Sequence record: MT451984.1
Reading direction: 5' to 3' (one strand)
Source of the DNA: Microbacterium phage Nebulous
DNA length: 32,000 nucleotides
The notes under the pieces are model-generated. The model was not told where the DNA came from and did not search any database. It worked only from the letters and a program-made list of their open reading frames with translations. Below are positions 1 through 9,467 of this stretch, in pieces (the first letter of the stretch is position 1; each line of letters opens with the position of its first letter). Made by a program: the position numbers and the translations under genes.

Positions 1-367
1 CTGCGCGATCCAGACGATGAACGGCACCAGCTCCAGCGACAGCCAGACCATCGACTGGCTGTGCGACCCCGCGTCGGAGCAGCTCCCGGGCAGCACCACG
101 CACGCCATGGACGACCTCGTCATCAAGACCACGGGTCAGGACGACGACGACCTCATCGCGGGCCTGAACATCGGTGACGTCGTCTACATCTGGCGGCGCG
201 ACGGGATGCCCCACGAGACGGCCCCGGCTGCGGGTCAGTACGTGTGGGTCTGGAAGGTGATCATCACCTCCATCGATCCCGTCGAGGCGAACAACGTGTT
301 CGTCGGCATCACCGCTCACATCACCGTCCTGTCGCGCTCCGCGACGCAGGTGCCCATCGGGGCCTGA
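1..367 (+). CDS. Tail-associated structural protein, 3' end (possibly tail tube/major tail protein); ORF is open to the left edge
   Basis: The frame is open from nt 2 (TGC GCG ATC CAG ACG ATG...). It ends TGA at 367 immediately upstream of the tail assembly chaperone. Function is inferred from synteny only. Confidence 0.6.
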   Translation, partial: CAIQTMNGTSSSDSQTIDWLCDPASEQLPGSTTHAMDDLVIKTTGQDDDDLIAGLNIGDVVYIWRRDGMPHETAPAAGQYVWVWKVIITSIDPVEANNVFVGITAHITVLSRSATQVPIGA

Positions 368-395
368 CCAGCCCCCCAACCAAGGAGACAGAACA

Positions 396-968
396 ATGGT
401 ATTCGCATCATATGAAGAGCTCAAGGCTGCGGTAGCCAAGCGCCGCGCCGAGATCCTGACGCTCGAGGTCGACCTCGGCAGTGACTACTCCCCGGAGTAC
501 GAGGCTGCCAAGGTCGAGCTCGCGCAGGCCAAGGCCATGAAGATGGCCACGGGCGGCGGGTTCCTCGGCGACAACATCGGTACGCTCGAGGCACGTGTGG
601 CCGAGCTCAAGCCCGAGGCACAGAACGTCTACGTCCAGTACAAGAAGCTGGACCTCGGCGAGTGGGCCACACTGCTGAAGCAGGCGGGCGGCAACATGAT
701 CGATCAGTACGAGAAGGTTCTGCCCAAGACCTTCGTCGGTGTGTACGGCCAGGACCCGGTGAAGCCGGACGACTGGGACGAGACGCACCCCGACGAGGAG
801 TGGGTGAAGCCCGAACCGCTGAGCACCGAAGCCAGGCTTCTGTCCTCCAAGGGCAACGACGGAATTCTGCCGGGTGGAGCTCTGAACTCGGTCATTCAGA
901 ACTTCATGGCCTGGCAGAACTCGGGGGGCGATGTCAACATCCGCCCTACGAAATCGGGCCTCGTCTAG
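396..968 (+). CDS. Tail assembly chaperone, short (0-frame) product
   Basis: 190-aa ORF directly before the tape measure gene and overlapped by a -1 frame ORF. This is the lambda G/GT arrangement. Confidence 0.85.
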   Translation: MVFASYEELKAAVAKRRAEILTLEVDLGSDYSPEYEAAKVELAQAKAMKMATGGGFLGDNIGTLEARVAELKPEAQNVYVQYKKLDLGEWATLLKQAGGNMIDQYEKVLPKTFVGVYGQDPVKPDDWDETHPDEEWVKPEPLSTEARLLSSKGNDGILPGGALNSVIQNFMAWQNSGGDVNIRPTKSGLV

Positions 969-1357
969 CGCTCCTGCTGGACATGGCCCTGGTGTCGGGG
1001 CGACCCCCGGTTCGCCTCCTTGACGAGGGAAGCCCCGACACCTGGACAGAGCTTGACCTTGAAGTGGTCAGCCAATGGAAGTTCATCAAGGACGCTAGGT
1101 GCCCAAGCTGCGGGCGACCGCTAGCTCAGCACATCTACAATTCAAGACTCGGTAGGGAAGAAACCATCGAGGACTATACCGCCTGGTCCATGGAATGCCC
1201 CGCCCAGCAGGCAATCGCCCAGGGCCAGCACCAGTGGGATCAGGTTCACAAGTCCGAGATTGAAGCTCACCAGAAAGGCAACGGGCCGGACCCCAGGTTG
1301 GGGACCTTCTGGTTCAGCCAGCGTGAGGGTGAAGCCCTACCCCAACCGGAAAAGTAA
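396..1357 (+). CDS. Tail assembly chaperone, long product made by -1 ribosomal frameshift (about 320 aa)
   Basis: The 396-frame joins the -1 frame (ORF 662..1357) at G_GGG_GGC (923-929). The -1 extension reads RCQHPPYEIGPRLALLLDMALVSG...CPSCGRPLAQHIYNS...PEK and ends just before the tape measure. Confidence 0.8.
923..929 (+). other. Probable programmed -1 frameshift slippery heptamer G_GGG_GGC
   Basis: TCG GGG GGC GAT in the 0-frame. It fits X_XXY_YYZ and lies in the overlap of the two chaperone frames, 37 nt before the 0-frame stop. Confidence 0.75.
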
Positions 1358-1375
1358 TCAGGAAAGGAGAGCAGC

Positions 1376-3811
1376 ATGGCCGACAACGATGTTCGCATCA
1401 AGGTCTCAGTCGACGGTGCCGAGCAGTCCGCCAAGGGCCTCGCCGGTGTCGGCGATGCTGCCTCCGATGCTGATGGCAAGACGTCCAAGCTGGCCGGGGG
1501 GCTGAAGGGCGTCGGAACCGCACTCGTGAGCCTGACGGGTGTGGCCGTCGCCGCTGGCGGAGCCCTTGCAGGGGCAGTCACGTCTTCCTACGCTTCTGCT
1601 GAGCAGAGCGTGGGCGGCATTGAGACGCTCTTCAAGGGCTCCGCCGACAGGATGAAGGCATACGCTCAGGACGCCTACAAGACGGCGGGCCTGAGCGCGA
1701 ACGAGTACATGGAACAGGCCACTTCCATGTCGGCCTCGCTGATCCAGTCGGTCGGTGGTGACACCGCCAAGGCTGCGGAGCTGGCGAACACGGCCCTGGT
1801 CGCCATGAGCGACAACGCGAACAAGATGGGCACCGATCTGGGGATGATCCAGAACGCCTTCGGTGGTTTCGCGAAGCAGAACTTCACCATGCTCGACAAC
1901 CTGAAGCTCGGGTACGGTGGCACCAAGGAAGAGATGCAGCGCCTCCTCAGCGACGCGGAGAAGCTGCCCGGTGCGCTTGGTCAGAAGTTTGACCTCAACA
2001 ACTACGGTGACGTCGTCACTGCCATCCAGCTCATCCAGGAGGAGATGGGCATCGCCGGCACGACCGCCAAGGAGGCGGCGAGCACCATCAGCGGTTCGTT
2101 CGGGATGCTCAAGGGCTCCTGGGACAACCTGCTGGTCGCGCTGGGCTCGGCGAACAACGAGTCCCTCAGCTTCCTGAACGTGCAGGAGCAGGCGCAGAAC
2201 GTCATCAGCAGCCTCCAGACGGTGCTGGGCAACCTGACTCCCGTCATCGAGTCCATCGGCCAGGGCATGGCCACACTCGGACCCCAGCTCGGGACGATGA
2301 TGGGTTCGCTGGTGGACGCCATCGCTGCGGCGATCCCCGCCGTGCTGGATGCTGGTGTGGCCCTGGTGGGCGGACTGATCACCGGCATCAGCAGCGCGCT
2401 TCCCCAGCTCATCACGGCGCTAGTGCCTGGCGTCATCGGCCTGGTGCAGATGCTGGCGACGGTGCTGCCCCAGCTCATCACTGCTGGCGCGCAGGCGGTG
2501 GCAAGCCTGGCCATCGGCATCGGTAACGCACTGCCCACTCTGATCCCCGTCCTGGTAACTGGCATCGTCAACATGGTGGACGCGCTCATCCAGGCGGCAC
2601 CTATGCTCATCGGGGCTGGGCTCACGCTCATCCAGGGTCTGGCTGATGGCCTGCTGGCTGCCATGCCGGTACTGATCGAGTCGCTGCCGATGCTCATCGA
2701 GGGCATCGTGACGTTCCTGACCACCAGCATCCCGGTGATCCTGGAGGCGGGCATTCAGCTCTTCACTGGGCTGATCCAGGCGCTTCCTGAGGTCATCACC
2801 CAGATCGTGGCCGTGCTGCCTGGCATGATCACCAGCATCATCAACGCGCTGATCACGCTCATCCCCATGATCGTGCAGGCCGGTGTTCAGCTGCTGACCA
2901 GCCTGGTGACCAACCTGCCCCAGATCATCACGACCCTGGTGGCAGCCATCCCGCAGATCATCACGGCCATCCTGAACGCCGTGCTGGGGGCTATCCCGGT
3001 TATCATCCAGGGCGGCATCGACCTGTTCATCGCGCTGATCGGTGCACTGCCCCAGATCATCGTGACCATCGTCGGTGCGATCCCCAAGATCATCACCGGG
3101 GTCATCAACGCGCTGGTGTCGGCCATCCCCCAGATCATCGCGGCCGGTGTGCAGCTCCTGGTCGCCCTCGTCAAGAACATGCCTGCTATCCTCGGTGGTA
3201 TCATCGGGGCCATCCCGCAGATCATCGGCGGAATCGTAGGTGCCATCGTGGGCGCGGTGCCCGAGCTGGCGAACGCGGGCCTCCGGCTCATCCAGGGCCT
3301 CTGGCGAGGCATCAGTGATGCTGCGGGCTGGCTGATGGGCAAGATCGGTGGATTCGTCAACCAGGTGATGGGCGGCATCAAGGACTTCTTCGGCATCAAG
3401 TCGCCGTCCAAGCGGATGGAGATGGAGGTCGGCATCCAGCTCCCTGCGGGCCTTGGGGTCGGCGTGGAGAAGAACGAGGACGCTGCGCTCAAGCCCATCC
3501 AGGACATGAACGACGCCGTCATGAACGAGGCGCTCAAGCTCAACACGACGATCGCTTTCACTCACGACAGCAAGCTCACCCAGACGATGGTCCCGATGCA
3601 GACCACGGCCCAGCAGGCAGGCCCGATTCAGGTCGAGGCAACGCTGGACACCAGCCTGATCGGGGCAGCCATCGGCGAGGCGTTCGCCTCCAACGACCGT
3701 ACCGATCAGGCGACCGTTTCGCTTGACCGGGCATCCGCTCGGCTGCTGGCAGCAGAGATCGTTGACGCCATGCGCGTCCAGTCACGACAGGGGGTGCTTA
3801 GCCTTGGCTGA
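1376..3811 (+). CDS. Tape measure protein (811 aa)
   Basis: Longest + strand ORF, following the chaperone pair. SD 'aaggagagcagc' precedes the ATG. Long hydrophobic helical repeats (IPxIIxxG..LPQIIxxI..) and a C-terminal FFGIKSPSKRM motif typical of phage tape measures. Confidence 0.96.
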   Translation: MADNDVRIKVSVDGAEQSAKGLAGVGDAASDADGKTSKLAGGLKGVGTALVSLTGVAVAAGGALAGAVTSSYASAEQSVGGIETLFKGSADRMKAYAQDAYKTAGLSANEYMEQATSMSASLIQSVGGDTAKAAELANTALVAMSDNANKMGTDLGMIQNAFGGFAKQNFTMLDNLKLGYGGTKEEMQRLLSDAEKLPGALGQKFDLNNYGDVVTAIQLIQEEMGIAGTTAKEAASTISGSFGMLKGSWDNLLVALGSANNESLSFLNVQEQAQNVISSLQTVLGNLTPVIESIGQGMATLGPQLGTMMGSLVDAIAAAIPAVLDAGVALVGGLITGISSALPQLITALVPGVIGLVQMLATVLPQLITAGAQAVASLAIGIGNALPTLIPVLVTGIVNMVDALIQAAPMLIGAGLTLIQGLADGLLAAMPVLIESLPMLIEGIVTFLTTSIPVILEAGIQLFTGLIQALPEVITQIVAVLPGMITSIINALITLIPMIVQAGVQLLTSLVTNLPQIITTLVAAIPQIITAILNAVLGAIPVIIQGGIDLFIALIGALPQIIVTIVGAIPKIITGVINALVSAIPQIIAAGVQLLVALVKNMPAILGGIIGAIPQIIGGIVGAIVGAVPELANAGLRLIQGLWRGISDAAGWLMGKIGGFVNQVMGGIKDFFGIKSPSKRMEMEVGIQLPAGLGVGVEKNEDAALKPIQDMNDAVMNEALKLNTTIAFTHDSKLTQTMVPMQTTAQQAGPIQVEATLDTSLIGAAIGEAFASNDRTDQATVSLDRASARLLAAEIVDAMRVQSRQGVLSLG
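2333..3256 (+). repeat. 14 x 66-bp (22-aa) degenerate tandem repeat inside the tape measure; the last 8 units pair into 4 x 44 aa
   Basis: [I/L/A/M]P begins units at codons 320, 342, 364, 386, 408, 430 and 452. The 44-aa units IPVILEAG..., IPMIVQAG..., IPVIIQGG... and IPQIIAAG... start at nt 2729, 2861, 2993 and 3125 with no indels. Confidence 0.9.
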
Positions 3812-6041
3812 TGCAAACACTGGCTCCAACGCAATCCTCCGGATGGAGGCCTGGGTAACCGGGACCAGCGTCGGGGGCAACTACAACAACTTCCATTGGA
3901 AGCTTTCGCTGATCGAGCGCACCGGCCAGACCTTCGGCTGGTCTGGAGGCCTTGGGGCGTCCGTCGAGGTCTTCTGGGATGGCGGCGGCTACACCGTGCC
4001 CTGGAGCGGTAGCTTCGCCTTCGACTTCCGCCCTGGGGGCCAGCAGTCGGTCGTGATCGCTGAGGGTGACCTCAACGGCATGGGCAACTTCGGTGACGGC
4101 AGCCCGCGCACGTTCACGTTCCGTGGCAACATGGCCAACTCCGGAACGTCCACCGTCGGTGGTCCTACCAGCGTGGATCAGGCGGTTGCCGGTGCCTGGA
4201 CTCGTGTGGCCCCGGGAGCACCTTCCGGCGTCGGCGCGGTCTACGTCAGCGACACCCAGATCACCCTCAACTGGTCCAACACTGGCCCCAGCAACGGTCC
4301 GTCGCAGACGAACCAGATCCTTCAGTCGGTTGACGGTGGCGCGTTCACCCAGATCCTGGACATCGGTGCCACCAGCTCGGCGGTCATCGGTGTCTCGGCC
4401 AACCACAAGTATCAGTTCAAGGTCAAGGCGTGGAACAGCCCTGCGGGCTTCGGTCCGGAGTCGGCTGCCAGCGCTGCGGTCTACACGACCCCCGGCGCAC
4501 CGACCAACGCTGTCGCGACCAAGCTGGCGAACCAGGACATCCAGATCACGTTCACCGAGAACGTGAACTATGCGGAGTACAATCACGAGGTCTGGCACGG
4601 TGTCGTCGTAGGCGGTGTCACCACCTGGGATGGCGCTGCGCTCACGACGCTGGCCTCCGGAGTGCTGAGCTACACGCACGCGGCACCGAACCCCAGCCAG
4701 ATCCACGTCTACCGGGTGCGGGCGAAGCAGGGCACGCTCCTGTCGGCCTACGCGGTGTCCAACAGTGTTCAGCTCCTCATCGCGCCGAACGCCCCCACGG
4801 TCAACGCTCCGCCGACCTACCAGGACAAGACCATCCAGCCGAACTTCAGCTGGGTGCACAACTCTGTCGACACGACTCCTCAGTCGGCCTACGAACTGCG
4901 GTACAGCACCGACGGCGGCAGCACCTGGACCACCACGGGCAAGGTCGTCAGCACGGCCAACAACCGCACTATCGCCACCCTGTTCCCGGCCAACACTGCT
5001 CTTCAGGTGCAGGTCCGCACTTGGGGCCAGGCCACCACGGGCGGCAGTGAGGGAACGGGTGCTTCTCCCTTCTCGGCCACACGAACCACGACCTTCAAGA
5101 CGGTTCCCGTGGCGACGGTGCCCGTGCCCGCCAACGGCAGCAACCTGAACGACTCGGTCATCCGTGCAACGGTCGGGTTCGCCCAGGCCGAGGGGGCCAC
5201 GTTCGTCAAGGCTGAGCTGGAGCTGAAGCAGGGCGCGACGCTCCTGGAGGCTCGGGAGTCCACGGTCCTCGTAGGCATCGCGTTTGACACGCCTGCGCTG
5301 AACGGCCAGAGCTACACCGTGCGGGCTCGAGTGCAGGACTCGAACGGCCTCTGGTCCGCATGGGCCAGCACCACGTTCAACATCGTGTACCTCGCCCCCG
5401 TGCCTGCGGTGGGCGCTGTCAGCTACCTGGAGGCCAGCGGCTACGGCCAGATCGACCTCACCATCGCCGCACCCGGCGCAGGCCAGGCAGCCGCCACCAC
5501 GGTCACCATCACCCGCACCATCAACGGCGCTACGGAAACGGTCGTGGACAACTACCCTGTCTCGCCGGCTCTCACGTTCCTGGACACCACGCCGACCATC
5601 AAGGGGACCAACTACTACACCATCACCACGTTCAGCGCGCTGGGGGCCAAGTCCTCCATCAACCTGACCCTGGTCACTAACGAGTGCCGTCGGGCGTTCC
5701 TGAGCAAGGGGCCGGGGTTCGGCACCGTGGGCGTCTTCGGTGGCAACCTCGAGGTCGATGAGTCGGCTAGTGTGGCCAGCGCCACGGTTGAAGCTGCTGG
5801 GCGCACCAAGCCCATCGGGCTGTATGGTGTGGAGACCAGCCTCCAGCTCAAGGTCAAGACGTTCGTCTACGAGAACTTCGGTTCCTCTATGGACGAGCTG
5901 CGGGCGCTGCTGCTGGTGCCTGGGAAGGCATGCTACCGAGATGCTACCGGTCGACGGGTGTTCGGCGTTGCCAAGGGCGGGCTGAACTACAAGAAGACGA
6001 CTCGTGGTGACTTCAGCTTCACGATCACGGAGACCAGCTGA
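3804..6041 (+). CDS. Minor tail protein with fibronectin type III-like domains (distal tail/fiber-associated)
   Basis: FN3-like segments (PSGVGAVYVSDTQITLNWSNTGPS..., PGAPTNAVATKLANQDIQITFTENV..., NAPTVNAPP...). The upstream limit of the ORF is 3723. The best start is TTG 3804, 9 nt after AGGGGG. Confidence 0.8.
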   Translation: MADANTGSNAILRMEAWVTGTSVGGNYNNFHWKLSLIERTGQTFGWSGGLGASVEVFWDGGGYTVPWSGSFAFDFRPGGQQSVVIAEGDLNGMGNFGDGSPRTFTFRGNMANSGTSTVGGPTSVDQAVAGAWTRVAPGAPSGVGAVYVSDTQITLNWSNTGPSNGPSQTNQILQSVDGGAFTQILDIGATSSAVIGVSANHKYQFKVKAWNSPAGFGPESAASAAVYTTPGAPTNAVATKLANQDIQITFTENVNYAEYNHEVWHGVVVGGVTTWDGAALTTLASGVLSYTHAAPNPSQIHVYRVRAKQGTLLSAYAVSNSVQLLIAPNAPTVNAPPTYQDKTIQPNFSWVHNSVDTTPQSAYELRYSTDGGSTWTTTGKVVSTANNRTIATLFPANTALQVQVRTWGQATTGGSEGTGASPFSATRTTTFKTVPVATVPVPANGSNLNDSVIRATVGFAQAEGATFVKAELELKQGATLLEARESTVLVGIAFDTPALNGQSYTVRARVQDSNGLWSAWASTTFNIVYLAPVPAVGAVSYLEASGYGQIDLTIAAPGAGQAAATTVTITRTINGATETVVDNYPVSPALTFLDTTPTIKGTNYYTITTFSALGAKSSINLTLVTNECRRAFLSKGPGFGTVGVFGGNLEVDESASVASATVEAAGRTKPIGLYGVETSLQLKVKTFVYENFGSSMDELRALLLVPGKACYRDATGRRVFGVAKGGLNYKKTTRGDFSFTITETS

Positions 6042-7813
6042 TGCCTACTCCCATCATCCCGATCAAGAACCTCACGACTGCTGAGGTCCTCTACGGCGAC
6101 CGTGTCACGTCGTATCGCTGGGAAGTGCTGGTGCACCCCCGCACGCGGCGCAACCTGTCCATGAACCCCTGGCCCTACAGCCCAGGCAACGACTGGGACT
6201 ACGGCAGCCGGTGGAGCGCCAGCCGTGCGCTCAACTTCGGTGATGTCACCTGGACGATGACCCTGGCGCGCGACTCGGCTGGAGTGGGCTACGACCTGCG
6301 GGGCAACTACGATATCGCCCCTGGGACTGACAGCTACTGGATCAGCCTGCCGCTGGCCAAGGGTGACACTGTCTACATCAGCGCCGAGATGAACTGGAGC
6401 AAGGCTGTCACCAACCAGGTCTCCTTCCGGATGCACGACGGCGCGGGCAACTGGCTCACGGCGTCCACTGCTGGCCCCAACGTGGCCGTCCCGGCGAACA
6501 CCTGGACCCGCGTCGGGGCAGGCTACACAGCTCCCGTAGACGGCTACCTGTCCGCACGCATCCAGGCGGTGACCGGTGTGGCCCTCGCCATCGGTGACAC
6601 GTTCAAGACGCGCCTGCTGGTCATCGAGCCTGACACCCTGACCTATGACGGATACTTCGACGGAGGAACCAATCCGGCGAGCCGCTGGGCTACGGCACCG
6701 GCCAACGGGTCTACCCTGTACCCTGGCACGGCCTATCAGGTGCCCGCCACGGACCAGCTCCTGGGCATCCTGGATGGCGTCAGCGACGGCAGCCTCACCT
6801 GGACTCAGAACGCTGCGGTCAAGGGTGGTGGCAAGGCCACGGTCGTGGACCTGGATGTCGCTGAAGCTGGCAAGCTGCGCATCGCTGACCTGGACCTGGA
6901 GTCCGTGCGGCTGCGGCCCGTGTGCCTGGTCGCCGGCCTCCCGGAGAACCCCCTCGGCATCTTCCTGCTGAGCTCGGCGACCGAGGAGTGGGAGGACACT
7001 GGCCGGGTGTGGAACATCAGCCTGCTGGACCGGTGCACGGTGCCCAGCCAGGACGCGTTCGAGCAGTCCTACTCGGTGGCTGCGGGCACCCTCATCCTCC
7101 ATGAAGTCCAGACCATTCTCGCCACTGCTGGCGAGTTCATGCCGATTGATGCGTCCAACACGCTCACCACGGCGAACGGAATGGCCTGGGAGGCTGGCAC
7201 CAGCAAGCTCAAGGTCATCAACGACCTGCTCGACGTCGCTGGCTACAACGCCCTCTGGATTGATGGTCAGGGCAACTACCAGGCGACGCCGCGCGTGCTG
7301 CCTGCTGACCGGAGCATCAACTACGAGGTCCTCGGTATCCCACGTGAGCTGAAGGACGGCGAGCAGGCCATCTATCGTTCCGACTGGACCCGCGACCGTG
7401 ATAGCTTCGAGGTCCCGAATAAGGTGATCGCAGTGCAGGCGGCGGGCGGGGATGATGTGGCTGCGCTGGTGGGCACCTGGACCAACACAGACAAGAACAG
7501 CCCCTACAGCTACCAGTCGCGCGGGCGCTGGATCCCCCACGTGCTGGACTCGGTGGAGTGCCCCGAGGGCACGGACGCCCAGGTGATCGCCTTCCTGCAG
7601 GCACGGGCGCGGGCCACACTGGTCCAGATGAGCGCTGTGCAGGCGCAGGTCAAGATCAGCAACCTGCCCATCCCGGTGCGGGTCAGCGACGTCGTCCGGT
7701 TCGCCAACACGCGGGCCGGGGTTGACGCTCGCCACGTCATCACCCGCATCGAGCTCGACGTCACGCCGACCGGCCTGATGCGGACCAATCTTCAGGAGGT
7801 GATCTCGCTGTGA
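6041..7813 (+). CDS. Minor tail protein / baseplate hub-like (similar in character to the siphovirus ReqiPepy6 Gp37-like group), with an internal carbohydrate-binding-like segment
   Basis: 590-aa ORF overlapping the preceding stop (TGATG). Tail module position. Jelly-roll-like insert around aa 90-210, then a hub-like C-terminal half. Confidence 0.75.
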   Translation: MPTPIIPIKNLTTAEVLYGDRVTSYRWEVLVHPRTRRNLSMNPWPYSPGNDWDYGSRWSASRALNFGDVTWTMTLARDSAGVGYDLRGNYDIAPGTDSYWISLPLAKGDTVYISAEMNWSKAVTNQVSFRMHDGAGNWLTASTAGPNVAVPANTWTRVGAGYTAPVDGYLSARIQAVTGVALAIGDTFKTRLLVIEPDTLTYDGYFDGGTNPASRWATAPANGSTLYPGTAYQVPATDQLLGILDGVSDGSLTWTQNAAVKGGGKATVVDLDVAEAGKLRIADLDLESVRLRPVCLVAGLPENPLGIFLLSSATEEWEDTGRVWNISLLDRCTVPSQDAFEQSYSVAAGTLILHEVQTILATAGEFMPIDASNTLTTANGMAWEAGTSKLKVINDLLDVAGYNALWIDGQGNYQATPRVLPADRSINYEVLGIPRELKDGEQAIYRSDWTRDRDSFEVPNKVIAVQAAGGDDVAALVGTWTNTDKNSPYSYQSRGRWIPHVLDSVECPEGTDAQVIAFLQARARATLVQMSAVQAQVKISNLPIPVRVSDVVRFANTRAGVDARHVITRIELDVTPTGLMRTNLQEVISL

Positions 7814-9288
7814 GCATCCAGACCATCGGGGACATGACGTCCTTCAAGTGGGCCACGGTGACTCGTGTCAGCCCGCTGGCCATCCGACTGGACGGTGACA
7901 CTGACCCCCTGGCAATGGTGCCTGACAGCCTGGTCCCGACGCTGCTGCTGGCAGTGGGTGACCGCGTGCGGGTAGAACTGACACAGCGCAAGGTCGTCAT
8001 CCACGGCAAGGCCAACGGCGCAGGGTACACCCGGACCGCGCTGCTGCCGAAGGGCTACCTCTACCGGAACTCCATCGGCAACACTCAGCTCATCTTCGAC
8101 GGTGTCCTGTCCGCTGGGACCTACCGCTGGGGCTGCCTCTACCAGCCGAACGGCGCACGCACGGTCACGGTCCAGTGGGATGGTGACACCTGGGTCATCA
8201 TCGGCCAGACGTATGACGCCAAGGACATCAACCCTCTCGCCGGCGAGTACCCGCTGGTCCTGGGGGCTGGGTGGTTCAGCTACGACGAGCGCAACAACAC
8301 GGATGATTGGTGTGACGGTCGGGTGGTGATGCTGACTTCCGGCATTGTACACGTCACTGGACTCGTCACGAAGAACGGCTCGATCGCCGACAACGAGCTC
8401 ATCGCCACCATCCCGGCTGCGCTGGCTCCCGACTACCCGATCATCATGTACGTGAACAACGCGGACAACGCTCGGTCAGTGACTGTCAATCCTGATGGCA
8501 CCATCCGCGTCCGTGGCTCGAGCTGGGGAGCGAACACCTTCGTCTCCCTGGACACGTTGCGCTGGCCCGCCAAGGGCGTAGCCACATGGACCCCGATCGG
8601 GCAGGGCGGCAGCTCATGGGCGGCGAACTTCGAAGACTTCCTGTGGAACGGCAACCCCAGCGCGTTCTGGAAGGATCCGTACGGCTTCGTCTGGTTCACT
8701 GGGCTGACCCGCGTCAAGGTCGCCACCAGCGGGGACAACACGCGCATCCTCAACCTCCCTGCAAGCTGCGCCATCCCGTCCACCAAGGGAGAGCAGCACT
8801 ACCGCACCACGGGCGGTGAGGTCTATGGCGGGCTCGGTACGACCTATGTGGCCGGGGCAGGGAACCTGAACTACAAGTCGAACACGAACGGCGCTGTGGG
8901 GCAGTGGATCAGCCTGGCATCAGTGCTCATGGCAACGGCCGACGCCAGCACCCTCAACAACTGGTGGGAGTTCCCGTGGATGGTGAACAGTTGGGTGAAC
9001 AATGGTGCGAACCAGCCCAACGCCAGTCTCACGCGCAGGGAGGATGGGCTGGTGTGCGTGCGTGGGCTGATCGCGCTGGGGGCCTACGGTGGCGTTATCG
9101 GCAAGATGCTCCACGACTTCTGGCCTCGTGAGACGATGCTCTGGGACAGCATGTCCAACAACGCTCGCGGCCGCATCGATGTCTGGGGCTGGGACCGCAC
9201 GTCTGATGACCGCATGGGTGGCATCTACATGAACCAAGGGACGACGTCTTCCTGGCATTCGCTGGATGGCTTCGCCTACGTTCCGTAA
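7810..9288 (+). CDS. Minor tail protein (492 aa), probable receptor-binding/tail tip component
   Basis: ATGA-type overlap with the upstream gene. N-terminal OB-like segment (DRVRVELTQRKVVIHGKANG), beta-rich C-terminus, last structural gene before lysis. Confidence 0.7.
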   Translation: MSIQTIGDMTSFKWATVTRVSPLAIRLDGDTDPLAMVPDSLVPTLLLAVGDRVRVELTQRKVVIHGKANGAGYTRTALLPKGYLYRNSIGNTQLIFDGVLSAGTYRWGCLYQPNGARTVTVQWDGDTWVIIGQTYDAKDINPLAGEYPLVLGAGWFSYDERNNTDDWCDGRVVMLTSGIVHVTGLVTKNGSIADNELIATIPAALAPDYPIIMYVNNADNARSVTVNPDGTIRVRGSSWGANTFVSLDTLRWPAKGVATWTPIGQGGSSWAANFEDFLWNGNPSAFWKDPYGFVWFTGLTRVKVATSGDNTRILNLPASCAIPSTKGEQHYRTTGGEVYGGLGTTYVAGAGNLNYKSNTNGAVGQWISLASVLMATADASTLNNWWEFPWMVNSWVNNGANQPNASLTRREDGLVCVRGLIALGAYGGVIGKMLHDFWPRETMLWDSMSNNARGRIDVWGWDRTSDDRMGGIYMNQGTTSSWHSLDGFAYVP

Positions 9289-9299
9289 GGAGGTAAGTG

Positions 9300-9467
9300 A
9301 TGAAGTACAACGTGGAGGTTGAGGTTGACTACAGTGAGGCCGCTGACCCGGCTTCGCTCACCAGCCTCATCCAGCAGAAGCTTTCCGACGCGTTCACGTC
9401 AACGCTCGGTGTCGTAGGCTTCCGGGTTGAAGGGTTCAGCCCGGTTGATGAAGAGGAGGTAGTGTAA
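9300..9467 (+). CDS. Small hypothetical protein (55 aa), absent from the supplied ORF track
   Basis: ATG 9300 after 'gtaaggaggtaag'. MKYNVEVEVDYSEAADPASLTSLIQQKLSDAFTSTLGVVGFRVEGFSPVDEEEVV. Its stop overlaps the endolysin start (TAATG). Confidence 0.8.
   Translation: MKYNVEVEVDYSEAADPASLTSLIQQKLSDAFTSTLGVVGFRVEGFSPVDEEEVV

Noticed and set aside
2420-3565. 381-aa minus-strand ORF (and a 250-aa and a 224-aa overlap) antisense to the tape measure
   Set aside because: Mirror ORF created by GC-rich third positions and repeats in the opposing gene. Composition is Asp/His/Arg low-complexity, with no SD or operon context.
3798-4859. 353-aa minus-strand ORF
   Set aside because: Antisense to the FN3 tail protein whose domain signature is clear.
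5987-7735. 582-aa minus-strand ORF
   Set aside because: Fully antisense to the 6041-7813 tail gene, which has the better product, SD/overlap logic and synteny.
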